64,000 nt of DNA from assembly GCA_002633005.1 (NCBI GenBank), contig NMRA01000424.1, forward strand, positions 89,128 through 153,127. The letters are read 5' to 3'. The notes below the pieces were generated by a model. It saw nothing but the letters and a program-made list of their open reading frames with translations. It was not told where the DNA came from and ran no database searches. This document shows, piece after piece, positions 1-12,300 of this stretch. Each line of letters starts with the position of its first letter. Positions within the stretch are counted from its first letter, which is position 1. The DNA comes from Phoronis australis. Its lineage: Eukaryota > Animalia > Phoronida. The position numbers were made by a program, and so were the translations under genes.

Positions 1-210
1 TGCAAAATGAACACTGCAAATTAAATTATATTGCAAATAGTCTATTTCGGTAAAAAGAGAACAAACTTGGGCGCCAGTTGCAATACAAATTATTACGAGT
101 GTGACCAATGTGGAAGAAAAGTTCGGAAAACTTGGTCTTTCATTGCTACGATGTCCAATCAAAGACAAGTGTCAGCTCTTTGGAAATGATTTTGTTGGTA
201 TTATTAAGCG

Positions 211-609
211 TACCGTATCGTGACAGATGAGTGTTTTATGGTAGTGACTAATAGGACCGTATCGTGACAGAAGAGTGTTTTATGCTAGCAACTAATAGGA
301 CCGTATCGTGACAGAAGATTGTTTTATGCTAGCAACTAATAGGACCGTATCGTGACAGAAGAGTGTTTTATGGTAGCGAGTAATAGGACCGTATCGTGAC
401 AGAAGAGTGTTTTATGGTAGCGACTAATAGGACCGTATCGTGACAGAAGAGTGTTTTATGGTAGCGACTAATATGACCGTATCGTGACAGAAGAGTGTTT
501 TATGGTAGCGACTAATAGGACCGTATCGTGACAGAAGAGTGTTTTATGGTAGCGACTAATATGACCGTATCGTGACAGAAGAGTGTTTTATGGTAGCGAC
601 TAATAGGAC
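211..609. repeat. 44-bp tandem minisatellite, 9 copies (GACCGTATCGTGACAGAAGAGTGTTTTATGGTAGCGACTAATAG)
   Basis: Unit starts at 211, 255, 299 ... 563 with exact 44-bp period, few substitutions, no spacers. Confidence 0.95.
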
Positions 610-897
610 ATATTTTTCGTTTTACACTCTTACATCACACTTGATGTAAAAACGATTTAGTCAAGTAAATAAGAGTGTATCACAGTCTAGAAATAATTCG
701 TATGTATATTCTCGGAGATTTCGGACTTTTGCACAAGTGAGATTTAATCGTTGTTTAGACTTAGATGTGTGGAGCCAAAAACTGACTTAAGTCTTAAGTC
801 GCTTTTCATGAAACAGGGACCTGTTCCAACAAAACTGACTTAGCTAAGACAAATATTAAATTTTAGTAAATTTTATGATAAAACTTAAATTTGTCTC

Positions 898-1064
898 GGG
901 ACCGTTTCAAGAAAGAGGTCTTAAGTTTGAATTAAGTTTTTGATAAAAGTTTTGTCCTAATTTTAACTATCTTACTGGATGTGGAAATTTCAAAGTATGG
1001 AAGTTAAGACAAATCTTAACCTTAAGTCAAAAATGAACTTAAGTCAGATTCTTGAAATAGGCCC
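898..1064. mobile_element. MITE with GGG(A/C)C..TTTCAAGAA terminal inverted repeats (PIF/Harbinger-like)
   Basis: GGGACCGTTTCAAGAA at 898 pairs with TTCTTGAAATAGGCCC ending at 1064; related ends near 797-820 and 47153-47425. Confidence 0.55.
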
Positions 1065-1125
1065 ATGACCTCTAGGTTGAGTTAGTGTAAATAAAGTATT
1101 GTTTTCGCTGTATTTCTCCGCAAAG

Positions 1126-1254
1126 ACTGGGCACGTGGCGAACCCAACAATTACATGCCGTGGCTTGGAGCAGAGGACTGTGTAAGTCTTGACACAAGGG
1201 TCAAGGGTTGGAACGACAACAGGTGCAATACTCCACTTTGGTTCATTTGCGAAG
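1126..1254 (+). CDS. C-type lectin domain exon (C-terminal half of CTLD); upstream exons not identified
   Basis: AG|AC TGG ... GAA G|GTGAGA; translates xWARGEPNNYMPWLGAEDCVSLDTRVKGWNDNRCNTPLWFICE with EPN, EDC, WND..C and FICE motifs; phase 1-1. Confidence 0.9.
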
Positions 1255-1860
1255 GTGAGAATATTGTACCAAATTAATACTTTCTATGGAATATTACACT
1301 TGACACCATTACCGAGTCTACCATGAAGCTAACAAATTTAAGCTTCAGACCCCTAGTACTGCAAGGGTCCTTAATTGTTCCAGATATCCGAATAAATTAA
1401 CTGAGGTGCACGTACGTGTACTGCTAAGAGCCCTCCACAAAACAGAGCCCCATTTTGCAACTGCAGGACTTCATAACGTGGTGGCATACATAGAGTGTTT
1501 TGAACATAGTATAAAAGCATTGCCATAATAGAGCAGCTTACTATGAGTAGAAGATGGTGACGGGGGATGGACCTCGACCGATGGGATGCCGAGTGATCAG
1601 GTGGGATTTTGGCATTCTACATTTTGGAATTGTTTCTGGTTGCCAGGAATCCACAGATCAAGCTTTAGGCCACTGAAAATGTAGATCTACATGTACCACT
1701 GGTTGATAGTAAGGCGGTTGAATGGTGCCGCGTAAGGGCGACAACAAGTTAGCGATAATCCTGAAACTACAAGCTAGTTTGCGCCATTGCTGTTTACTGC
1801 CTCAGCGTGAATGTAACAAATAGGATTTTTCTAATAGTGTGCATGTCAAATCTATTTCAG

Positions 1861-1946
1861 ATGAAAACGAATGCAAAGAGTACAGCGACCTCTGCTGGAG
1901 TCACCAGTGCGTCAATGAGGCAGGCTCCTACAGATGTCAATCATAG
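1861..1946 (+). CDS. Terminal exon: truncated calcium-binding EGF-like module
   Basis: TTTCAG|AT phase 1, matching the lectin exon donor; DENECKEYSDLCWSHQCVNEAGSYRCQS*; AATAAA at 2044. Confidence 0.8.
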
Positions 1947-2594
1947 CTGGTCGCCACGGTAACACCACAAAAAGGCGTAGTTTCCTGTCGCGTTAAAAGC
2001 GAAACATTGCACTGATTACTTCGATTAGCTTACGCTACGTGATAATAAAACAGACTTCCCGTGAACTATTTTTAGATTTCGATTTGTTATTAAAAATATC
2101 ATTCATCCTCACTGAAATCTACAACAGGCACGCCTATATTAAACTTCCAAAAAACTAAATTGATGCGTGTGCTTTACCAATGTTTGGTCACGGTGAGCGT
2201 GTTGTAGTTAACTCAGCAAATGTGACATTTAAAAAGTACATGTACATGTGATGCACTTCAAAACAAGTGTCTTGGGTGCTTTCCAAGCAGTTCATCTGTT
2301 TGCCCCCAAATGTCGTCGTGAACCGTCATTTGTCTTGGCCTGGTTCTTCCTGGAGACAAAAACTGACGGAGATGGTCTGAATGGGGAATAGGCTAGTTCT
2401 AATCATGATAAAAGTTTGACTGTCAACAAATCAAGCCATGAGAATTGATTTGTGAATCCATCAGGATGGGTTGGTCTCAGTCTGGTTTAAACTTGCTTAG
2501 ACGTTGGGTAACAAAACCCCAAATGTTAGTTGAGGAGTTGACCCATGAGAAACTGCACTTAAAAGCCCGAAAGAAGTTCTCACGGTGTCGAAAG

Positions 2595-3050
2595 GACGGA
2601 TATTCACACAGGTTAACCAGTCGTTCATTATCATTTGTTGTCATGCGTATGGCGAATTTCATTACGGAAGGGTGGTTAAAGTAAAACACGTACATGTCAG
2701 TGTAACATCGTTGTATGTTTTAATTTACAACTAAAAAGAGAATTTTATTTGCCCTCAATATTAAGTTTGAGACGGAAGAGTCCCACTCGGCTGACCGGTC
2801 AACGACCAAGTGTCTGACCGGTCAACACCGAAGTGTCAGTGCCAACTTCACTTCCTTCAATTAATAGTTTGTGATTTGCACAGTGAAAGCGTGTCATGGA
2901 AATAATCTGGTCGCGGGAAATATTTTGACTGAGGTAATTTCCAAATTGAATTCTCTCTTGAAGTGTTCATAAAAATCCAATTTAGAATTAAACGCTACAC
3001 ATTGGTTTCGGTTATCCAAACTGAAAACGATGTCAATTTCGATCCGATAC
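2595..3050 (-). mobile_element. Decayed non-LTR retrotransposon (RTE-X-like) ORF2 3' end
   Basis: Minus-strand fragments FYEHFKREFNLE, MTRFHCANHKLLIEG and YFNHPSVMKFAIRMTTNDNERLVNLCEY resemble the LINE ORF2 C-terminus; frameshifted. Confidence 0.55.
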
Positions 3051-4305
3051 CGAATTTAAGCCTTCCCACAGACAGTTGGACAAACTAATGGAGCTTCTAA
3101 CTTTTAAAAAGGGATACTAAACCCTCTTTTATTGATTTAACCATTTTTCGTTCTGTCACTTGCTGATGTACCATTTCTGTCTCACTTGAGTGATAAGAGC
3201 AAGAATCAACTAAAAACACATACTGTCTGTGTGAAAGATTGGATATTGCGATTCTTGGCGGGTGGGCTTTCCCTAACGGCCGTCGTGTAACTAACCTAAA
3301 TGGTTGGTCGCTCTTCTCCGTTCAGCAGACTTTATATGGATTTTTTTTCAAACCATGCTCCACACTTTTGAGGGTTGTCGAGGTTTACAAAGGGTAATTT
3401 TGTTTCAGAGACTTGGATGAGAAAGTCACTTTTAGAGTTAGTAGGTCGAAGTCGGGTTTGGTATCCTTTTAACAATGGTTGGTGAGTGGGGTAGTTGGAG
3501 TGGTCGAACATTAAAAGTATCATTGCGAGGTGTAGTAAAAACTAACTAACCATCATTTACTATGAATGAAGCAAAAACTATAGAAACAACAAGAAAAAAA
3601 ATCTAACCAAACGGCAGTATGATTCGATTTTCTGATTTTAACAGGCCTAGTCGCGAATTACATGTAACACAACTGACACAGACTTAAAACACAAGATGCT
3701 ATGATCATGAAAGACTAATGTGAACGCTAACTTGGCAGTGACGCCACCTGGAGGAAGAACGTCAGTCACCTTAACTATGAACTACTAGAAGTCAGATTTA
3801 ACGCTGAGAAATATTCTCGAGGTGCATGGGCCTCAAAGAGGGGACAAAATTTATAATTCTTGGATGACTTGTTCTGAATTTACAAATTCTTAGTGCAGTC
3901 TCACTGGCCATAACTGGAAGTGAGCTTCAGCATCGTGGGCTGGAGTGATACTAAACGTCTCAGGTGAGGGGAAAGTAAGGAAAACAGAATGAGAATTAAT
4001 TACAAGAAACAACACAAGACAGAAGTGTATTTACAAAGAAATATTTACGAGGCATATCCAAATATGATACTGAAAAGTGAGCACACAACTCAGCTACCAC
4101 CCTGCCGAAAAGGAGGTGCCGGAATGAAAAGTTCAACCGTGAATTTGGTGAAGTCAAATTCTGCGCCAAAAATCACGGCCAGTAGAAAATAAGTGGTTGC
4201 CGACTGCGCGTGCCAACTACAACAAGTAACTAAGAAACTTAAATATTACAACTCAGGTTCATGTACAGCCAAAACGGAACTTCGTCTTCTTGTACGCTTC
4301 AGACG

Positions 4306-4505
4306 TAGTGGCGAACGTCCAACCTTGGCAAAGGATCATTGACGAATTCAGGATTTTGAGTTAAGGGGGGGGAGCAGGGCAGAGTATTAGCCAGGATTTA
4401 CCCGTCAGACATTCGCCGCACCGAACTGCCAAATGGAATCTGTGGAAATTTCAAAGGGGGCATAGCCGCGTTGCCCTTAACCCCACCCCCCCCCCTTCCG
4501 CCACT
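4306..4505. mobile_element. Short non-autonomous element (CAGTGGCGGA-type end); second copy at ~33860-33994
   Basis: Shared CAGGATTT..CCGTC(A/G)GACATTCGC..CAAATGGAATCTGTG..TCCGCCACTG at both loci. Confidence 0.55.
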
Positions 4506-4559
4506 GAGGATGGCACTCGAGCGAGCAGCCAGTGCTGCGGGGTAGAGTTCTGTAACGCC

Positions 4560-4662
4560 AGGATCTACGCTAAAAACAAGACTTTACGAGATTACGTGAT
4601 TACGTGAGATATTGCCGTGTATTTTGAATGAGAACACGTGATTTGGGCTAGATTTTTTTAGC
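4560..4662. repeat. Dispersed repeat; second copy at ~10304-10393
   Basis: Shared GATTACGTGAGATATTGCCGTG..TTTTGAA..GA..ACACG..CTAGATTTT. Confidence 0.6.
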
Positions 4663-4793
4663 TGCGAGACAGATATTGAATTCCGCCCAGGCTCAAGGAC
4701 CTCAATTTTCCAGGCACAAACCAGTTCTCACAGGGGTTTGCCTATCAGAACACACGTCAGCGGACTCGTCACCCTTTCTTCACTCTGTCAAAA

Positions 4794-7700
4794 CAGGCCC
4801 GTAGCCAAGGGTTTCGGGGGGGTTCGATCGAACCCCCCTCCCCCACGAGGAAAAGGTCCAACCCTAGCCTAGGAGAAGATAGGATTTACTAAATGGACAA
4901 AAAATTGTTATAACTACGAGTTCTACTAACCACAATCATAACCAAGTTAATATTAATTTTGAATATACTTCTGATGTAAAGCACTTCACATAATCATTGG
5001 GTCGTATCCAGCCCGAGTGGTGACTGTGTAGGTGACGATTGGAGGAGGCTTTATGTTATTCATCGGCATTGAAAGCGCATGGTCTCTACACCATAGGGTA
5101 ACAAGGATGTCTAGAAATAAATATCTACATGTATGCCTAGCTCAAACTTCATAGCATCGAGAGAGATCCCCAAGTGTAGAGCGGTGTGAATGCCTTAAAA
5201 TCGACCAAGAAACAAAACAGAAGAAAGTGGGTTTGTTATTCGCTACTTTGGTGGACTTTCTTGCATAGCATGGATAAAGTGCAGGCATTTTCAAATTTTG
5301 AATTTTAAGTGATCGCCAAATATCTTGATCATCAAGTGTCCACTTTGGTTGTGGATTAGTGGATTGACATGCATGCGTGTACACGTGTGTGCGTTTCCGT
5401 TCCTTTAAATTCAGTACACGCCGACGGTATGTTCACTGACTACTCTGTCGTTTCTCAAAAATCAGACATTTTGCTGCCGCCCTTTCTTGCGCTGAAAAAT
5501 CCCGCATGTTCACATTATTAGGTAATTCTAGACCTCATTAAAACATTGGAAAATGAAGAAAGTCTTCTCTTGTCAATCAATGTCAATGGCGCACAATTTC
5601 TCAGATTTCATACGAGCAACAATTTTGATGGAAAAGGTTTCCAAGGTTATATGTACATGACCGAGGATTCACTACTCCGAAGGTTTGCTACCTTCGAATG
5701 TTCACCACTTCGAATGTCGACAATTCTAAGACCAGAACTCCGACAGTTCATTACTCTGATTTTCTACTGATGTTTCAGAACTGAAAAATGAATAAGGTAT
5801 TGTACTGGTGTCCATTTAATAACCATTTGAAGGGTGTGCAAGAGTTGAATAGTCCGGAAAAGTTTGATTTACATTGTTTACAAAAGAGCTCAGTTACAAT
5901 CTCTGGCAATCTTGATTCTTGAATCTAACCAAAGACTCATTCTCAATTAGGGACAATATATGGGCACGGGTCCGGCGACCAACGGCGGTTTTAAATTTTA
6001 TAAGACTGAATGAGACTTCGTGAAGACTGGCAGGGACAGGGTAGCTTGCTAACTACATTTAGTTTCGGCCCGACCGTACGAGTAGTTCCGGTGGGAGAGG
6101 TTGAAGCGCAGCGGCCCTAAACTTTTCTGTCGCGCTGTAAGATGACGCGATCTTGACATGAGCTTGATGAATGTATCGTGGTCGATAATTCATCAACATT
6201 CCTACTTCATATTCTTTTATAAATGTAAGTACGTACTAGTTGTTTCGTATTCGCAAGACATGCGGGAAATTTCACATGCACCTGGAATCCAAACAAAGTG
6301 ATTTATTAGGCGGGTGTACTGTTGTCGGTATAGTAGTATCTAATAACCGAAGTCTCGCTTATTTTTGCATGTAAAAGTACAGCAATTACACCTGATTCAG
6401 AAATTTTAGACATTTTCGGAGAAGTGAACCTTCGAAGGGGTGAACCTTCGAAGTAGTGAACCTTCGGAATAGTGAACCGGCGGAATAGTGGGCTGTTCCC
6501 ATTTCCAGCGATGTAAGCAACTATTAACAAAAATGCCATCAGATGAAAAATTACGTCAAGCCATTCTCTGACTAAATATTTCCATCGGAGTATGTGATAA
6601 GGTGTATTCACTCAGTTAAAAAAGCCCAATTTGAAAGTTTGGCAGTAGGTAGGCCTAACGCCATGTGGAGAACTTCTCGCTTAAACTGGTCACCGGTCAG
6701 ATTCCCTTAGCCCCAGACAACTTTTATGATGCCTATTCAGCTCGCCCTGTGTATTGACGTACGTGTAGATCTGAGCTAATGAAGTCGAAAGATAATAGTT
6801 AGCACTACTGTCTCAAAAATGATGGTTCTTAGTACACCCAAATTGGTTTCCATGGCATTTGCACCAAGTTACAGCCTGTAACTGTAGAGAGCAGTTTTAA
6901 CTTGGTACATTTTAAATATTACAAAATGACTAAAAAAGTTAATTTGTGTTTATCTTGACCTTGGGCAACTGCCCAAAGGAACGATGGTTTTAAATATTTT
7001 CATACCGGTTTTTGTTATTTCATTTTAATACTCATGTTGTTTTTTTTTCTTATCAGGAACGGGTTGATATATTTTTATTTTATTTTTAAACTTGAAGTAC
7101 AGTGTACCAAAAACAGTAGTAGATTTGATAGCCAGCGAAACTTAATTAGTTTAGCTAATTGTGAACCCATCCCTGAACTTTCCAGATTACATATACATTA
7201 AACATTTCACAGCGAACAAAACTCCACGCGTCATTAGTTCAAGTTTAATCTTTATTAGAACTCAAATCATAAAATATATACAAAAGTGCAAATGGTGATA
7301 GCCAAACTGAAGATCTAGAATCTCTGGACAATTTCGGTTGCAATAACTACATGTGTATTCTAGCTTTTTGTCAGTCATAAAAATTTAGACTTGGCATACG
7401 TTAACTACAACTGTTTCCTAGTCAAAAATCTGGTTAAACGAGATTGAAAGAATATCAAAGAATAATCCATGTGATGTATTGTTAACTCTGATCAGTGTTT
7501 CTAAATCCCCCGATTGTATCGATGTGCTTGGTAGTTTATCTTCAATCGTACCCAATGTTTGTAGTTTTTAGCTTTTAAGTTCATCCATTTTTGAAAATCG
7601 AAAACCTTACTTGGTTGTTTTTTCCGACTGAATACCGCCGTAATATTCGTTTTTCACAAAAATTATTTATTAATGCATTTTGAAAATTCGCAATTATGTA

Positions 7701-8145
7701 CAGGCAGTGATGATTACGACAGTTTATGGTCGGGTAATTACACTTAATTGGGTCTTGCTCGCGCAGGACAATGAGGTCATCACAACTGTATCCGACAGGG
7801 GCGCCGCACTCTCTTTGATCTTGGTGAAAGTCGCTCAGAAGGAAGGGCGGTGATAGTAAGCGTATTATAAACGGTATGGCGAGAACGTTAGTCTAAATTT
7901 ATGGATCACATTACATCCTGTTGTTTGCGAGCAACCGTCACGATATTCTCGTTTCTGGTATTACAAATTTCGTCTTATCTCAGGAACATAGAGCTGAGAG
8001 CCATCGTTGCCGTGGATACAGATTTCCCTTCCCCGTAATTAACCTGCGTCAAGCGCCTTATCAAGAACTCGAGTGTTGACGCTTGCAAAAGGTCCACCTT
8101 TCTAGAAATTCGAACAACCCCCGCCCAATGGTAGCTACGGGCCGG
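4794..8145. mobile_element. Possible hAT-like non-autonomous element ends (GGCCCGTAGC TIR) enclosing ~3.3 kb
   Basis: CAGGCCCGTAGC at 4794 and GCTACGGGCC at ~8134; AAAAGGTCCA motif near both ends; no clean TSD. Confidence 0.4.
5660..6500. mobile_element. Non-autonomous DNA element with inverted subterminal 16-bp arrays
   Basis: AGTGAACCTTCG(A/G)A-like units at 6421-6490 mirrored by TTCACTACTCCGAAGG-like units at 5665-5760. Confidence 0.5.
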
Positions 8146-9087
8146 CAAAAACTCTAGGCAAAGAATGAAAAGTTTTGAGTCATTTCACATCACAAGCCCT
8201 ACAGATGAGCATAGAAACTTTATTATTTCTGGTATTTTTTACCCTTTCACTTTTGCTGAAAATCAAGCTAGACTAAGAAAAGTGGAGACAAAAAATGCAA
8301 AATCTGCACTTTTCACCCCAAAACCACCCTGCCGATGCTTAACTTATGCCAACATAAGATTCCGAAAGAAAATTTCCTACCAATTCCAAAAATGTGGTCC
8401 AAAAGTACTGTCAACCAACTAGATTTTTGCAAATATGGCTTTGTTTGAGGGCTACCTGAAATCGACGGCCAATTCCTCAGTCGCTACCCAGTAATGCACA
8501 GTTGCAACAGGGGGCCGCCATCTTGAACAAGAGTGCAGCTAAAGCCGGGCAAGTGGTCTTCTTTCATTCTCAACATGCTCACAAATACAAAAAACACATT
8601 CACTTGGCCTACATGCAATACCTAACTAAAATTGCCCCCAAGCCTGGCCTACCTCTACACTTTAATATTTTGGAATGCAAATTGGCCGCGGCCGCAGGCT
8701 AAGTGTTCAGTGCCACCTTATGCGTAAGATTACAGGTTTCGTCCACTGAAAATATACGGAATTGGCTGTCCATGTACTACAGTCTGTGGTGTGTCTTTGA
8801 GGCGCTTTGTTTTGTGTTAGTGAAATCGAAGAAGGGATAAGCAGTTGTTTTTATCTGAATTGTTTAAATAAATGGAAAATGCTTCGACATCAACAGGAAT
8901 TCAAAGTCTGTACGAACAAACCGTAAAATACCTCGTGAACAGTGATGTTTCCATAGCAGAGAACCACTTTGAATAATGCAAATTAGTCTATTTTTTGCGT
9001 TCCACGCCACTTTAAGCTAATTTTGAATTCAAACACTGGTCCACGCGCGCGTTTTTTTGCATTAGACAAGCATGCATTCCAAACGTA

Positions 9088-9326
9088 ATGGAACGCAAAC
9101 GAAAAGTAAAATTTGCAGTTTTGATAGCTCTTTTGTTCTATAGAATTATTCGGTTTGTCAAGAGCGATTTTCCACGTGGGGCCCACTATGGAAGTGAGTT
9201 TGTATTCGCGTTTCCCAAGAGCGGACAAAAGATTTTCTCTGGCGACAAAGGTGTGCTGGAAATACACATGGTCAGCTTCCGGGAAGCAACTGTCACCGTA
9301 ACCGTCTGGCCACGACTAAAGAACAG
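9088..9326 (+). CDS. IgGFc-binding protein exon 1 (signal peptide/anchor + GSEFVFAF motif)
   Basis: MERKRKVKFAVLIALLF...HYGSEFVFAFP...ATVTVTV; G-x-E-F-x-x-x-F is typical of FCGBP-like N-termini. Confidence 0.8.
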
Positions 9327-12300
9327 GTTCGTTGGTATGAGGAGAACAAGGTGGGCGGGAGGGAAAGGGGGTACGGAACAAGGGATAGAAGTGGGAGGAC
9401 AGAGCGCAGAAGGGGGGAAGGGACGGGCGGCAGGGAGGCATAAGGAGACGGTTTAACAGTTTTCAAAGAACACTGCTCAACGTCAAAATTTGACAAAGCC
9501 GCGACTAAACAATCAGTCCTTTTCGACTACAACCAATTCCTTCTAAGCCTCGACAGGCGTTGCTCCACGCACTTTGTCGAAATCGCGACCATAAAAAGAA
9601 CGCGGAGGGAGGGTAGTGATGGGGGCAAGAATAAAGAGGAGGGAAGATGAGACCATGAGGAGGAGGTTCAAAAATGACGCATGCGTAGTGGGAGGTACAA
9701 ATCTGTATAAATATACAGCTTTGGAATGACGTGCGTAAAACATTGGCAAAATAAAATATCAAATTAGTGTCATTAAAAACTACACTTTTTTCGTTATTCT
9801 GCTGTTGCATTTGTGGACCAATGATAAGCGTCGGTTTTGAAGACCAAGAAAGAGAGAGACATCTGTTGTCAAATTGTTCGCCTACTCTCCTATCACCTGT
9901 TCTTCTTCGACAAGGTTGCCTGAACTCTCCCCAAATCTAGCAGATGGCTAGCGCTACAACGATAATTGTCATCAATTGTAACATATTTGCTTTATTCAGT
10001 TGGAGGAGAGCAGTTTTTGACATTCATTTTGTGTTGATTTTGTCATTTATAACCCACATCTTTCCAAAGCTGCAAATGTATACAGTAATGTTGTGTGCAA
10101 CGGCTACGAGAAGAGAGAGAGAGGGGGTATATGCGAGAAAGGATGAGAACTAAAGAGAAAGAGTGGTGAAGGAGACGGGGGTTACTCTGCTGTTTACGGC
10201 TATTCAGATTGCTATTGGTGTGCTTCGTTGTTTGTCTCTTTTACACGTTTTTGCCATTTATCCGTTCGTTCACTAAGTACAGCCTTCCGTTCAGTAAAGC
10301 TAGGACCTCGCTAAAAAGCATAACTTCGGGAGATTACGTGAGATATTGCCGTGCGTTTTGAACGAGGACACGCGACTTTGTCTAGATTTTAGCTAGGTCT
10401 TAACGTAGGTCTTGGCTTTACTGCACGCACACCAGGCCTTATCTATTATCCACAATCATATACCTCAAGAAAAACGTAAGATGACGTAATTCCACGTACG
10501 TGCAGTACCGGGGATTTCCAATGAAGCGCCCTAAGCTCTCTTTCCGAGACGACGATTTTTTCAACCGGGCATTTGTTGCGCGGGCGCTTCTTCAAAAACT
10601 TGTTGATACCTTTCAAATGATCTAATGCTGGGACAATGAGTACCTGCTGCTTAATTACTAGGATACAAGTGTGACTGCAAATTCATACTCTGTGTGTCAG
10701 GACATTAGAATACGTTGCACATAAGGATGTTTGTGTCATTCGTTTGCTCCAGTTTTTCACCAGTAGAAGTTAAAATGAAAACAGTTTTGGCAAACAATAG
10801 ATTGAGGAATTGAACCAAATTATATTTTGATGGTTTCCCTGTTGCCCTATATTTTCACAACGGCAAAACGTTGATGGATCATATGCCACTGGAGCATCCT
10901 GAAATTTTAGAACGAGGCTGAACTATACCTTTCCTGGAAACAAGAAATCGCAGAACTAAAAATACCAGCACGGTTTCATTTTGGCGGTTGTTTGATTGCC
11001 ATTAAAAATTAAGAGACTTTTGTCAACCTAAAATGGCAACTTATGTACAAAATAAAAGTAAAGACAATGATTAACACTTTAGACGAGTGTTTTCTAGACA
11101 TGTCCAGTCGCTTCTTCTACCCAAACAAAGCTTTCTGGTGATGAACGCTTTGTCGGAAATTCCTAGCACTGATGATGATTACAAGCTTAAAATATGCACA
11201 GCACAGGACGAGAGCACAACGGAGCGTTCTATCGGACAGCGATGACTTTAACCCCTTTGGACCCTGGGGTTCATCGGCTAGACTGGTCGTTGCAGGACCA
11301 CGGTGTCGATCTGCTGTCGGACGGGGTAGTCAGAATCGAAGTCGCCGAGGCCAAGAAAATAGCAGTATATGCCATGCTTACGTAAGTTGCTTTTCCATTT
11401 TTCTAATCGCAATGACAACTGGAGAGTTTCACATACATGTCAACCATTTTTGCTTTAATCATACCACTTTGTAGAATAAAAACTTTGCAAACCATAGCAC
11501 TGGCGAAAATGAGTAAAAATACTGATTGTGAATTGTATACTTGCATCATAATCTTGTAAATCTCGTTTGTCTACGTGAGCCAGTGAGTGACAAATGGCGA
11601 AGGGAACTGACGCAAATCTGAGATTATTTTGACAGAAGATAACTGCAAATAAAAGTAAATTGCTTTGAGAAATTTAGCTTCGGAAAAAGTTTAACAAATA
11701 CATAGAATAGGTAGCATTACAGCGCTACGTCACAGCACAGCAGAAACGGTAAAAAAGCAAATACGTAAAAAGCGTATTGGTTGACATGTAGGATTTCAAG
11801 ACGCAAAGAAGCGAAACTGATCACGTGGGAATGGATAGGCTCCCAGTGATCTCTAGAGCAGGAGAACGAGGCTTTGTTAAAGCGCAGTACGCCCTGTGAA
11901 AAGGTCTCTTAACGAAGTCAGTTGAGATGTTCTCCTATGACAGGCACCCGCTGTGACGAAGGAATAAGCTATCTCCCCATTGTTACAACTACAAGTGATC
12001 GGCCTGTTCTTCTTTCTGAAATTTTCCCGCCATTGACATTTTCGGTGCGTGCGCATCATAGAAAGTGGATTAGATTCCAGAACCCAGGAATTATCCACTG
12101 CGCAGTCAGTTTTGGACAGATGCTGCCTGTTCACTCACATCTATGATAAACTGAACTTTTGGCTGCTGAAATGTTAAGATGAAGTGACTTCTGGAGATCG
12201 ATCCTAGCACGTTTACATAGGCGCTGTTGCACTGGATGACTGCTATTATGCTATTGTGTCTATGAACTTTTCCTATATGACCTCTGACGCCATCCGTAAA

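Noticed and set aside
61-210. Upstream exon of the C-type lectin (FHCY-like text)
   Set aside because: No convincing splice sites or open lectin frame
211-609. CRISPR-like array
   Set aside because: Head-to-tail 44-bp units with no unique spacers, no cas genes, eukaryotic context
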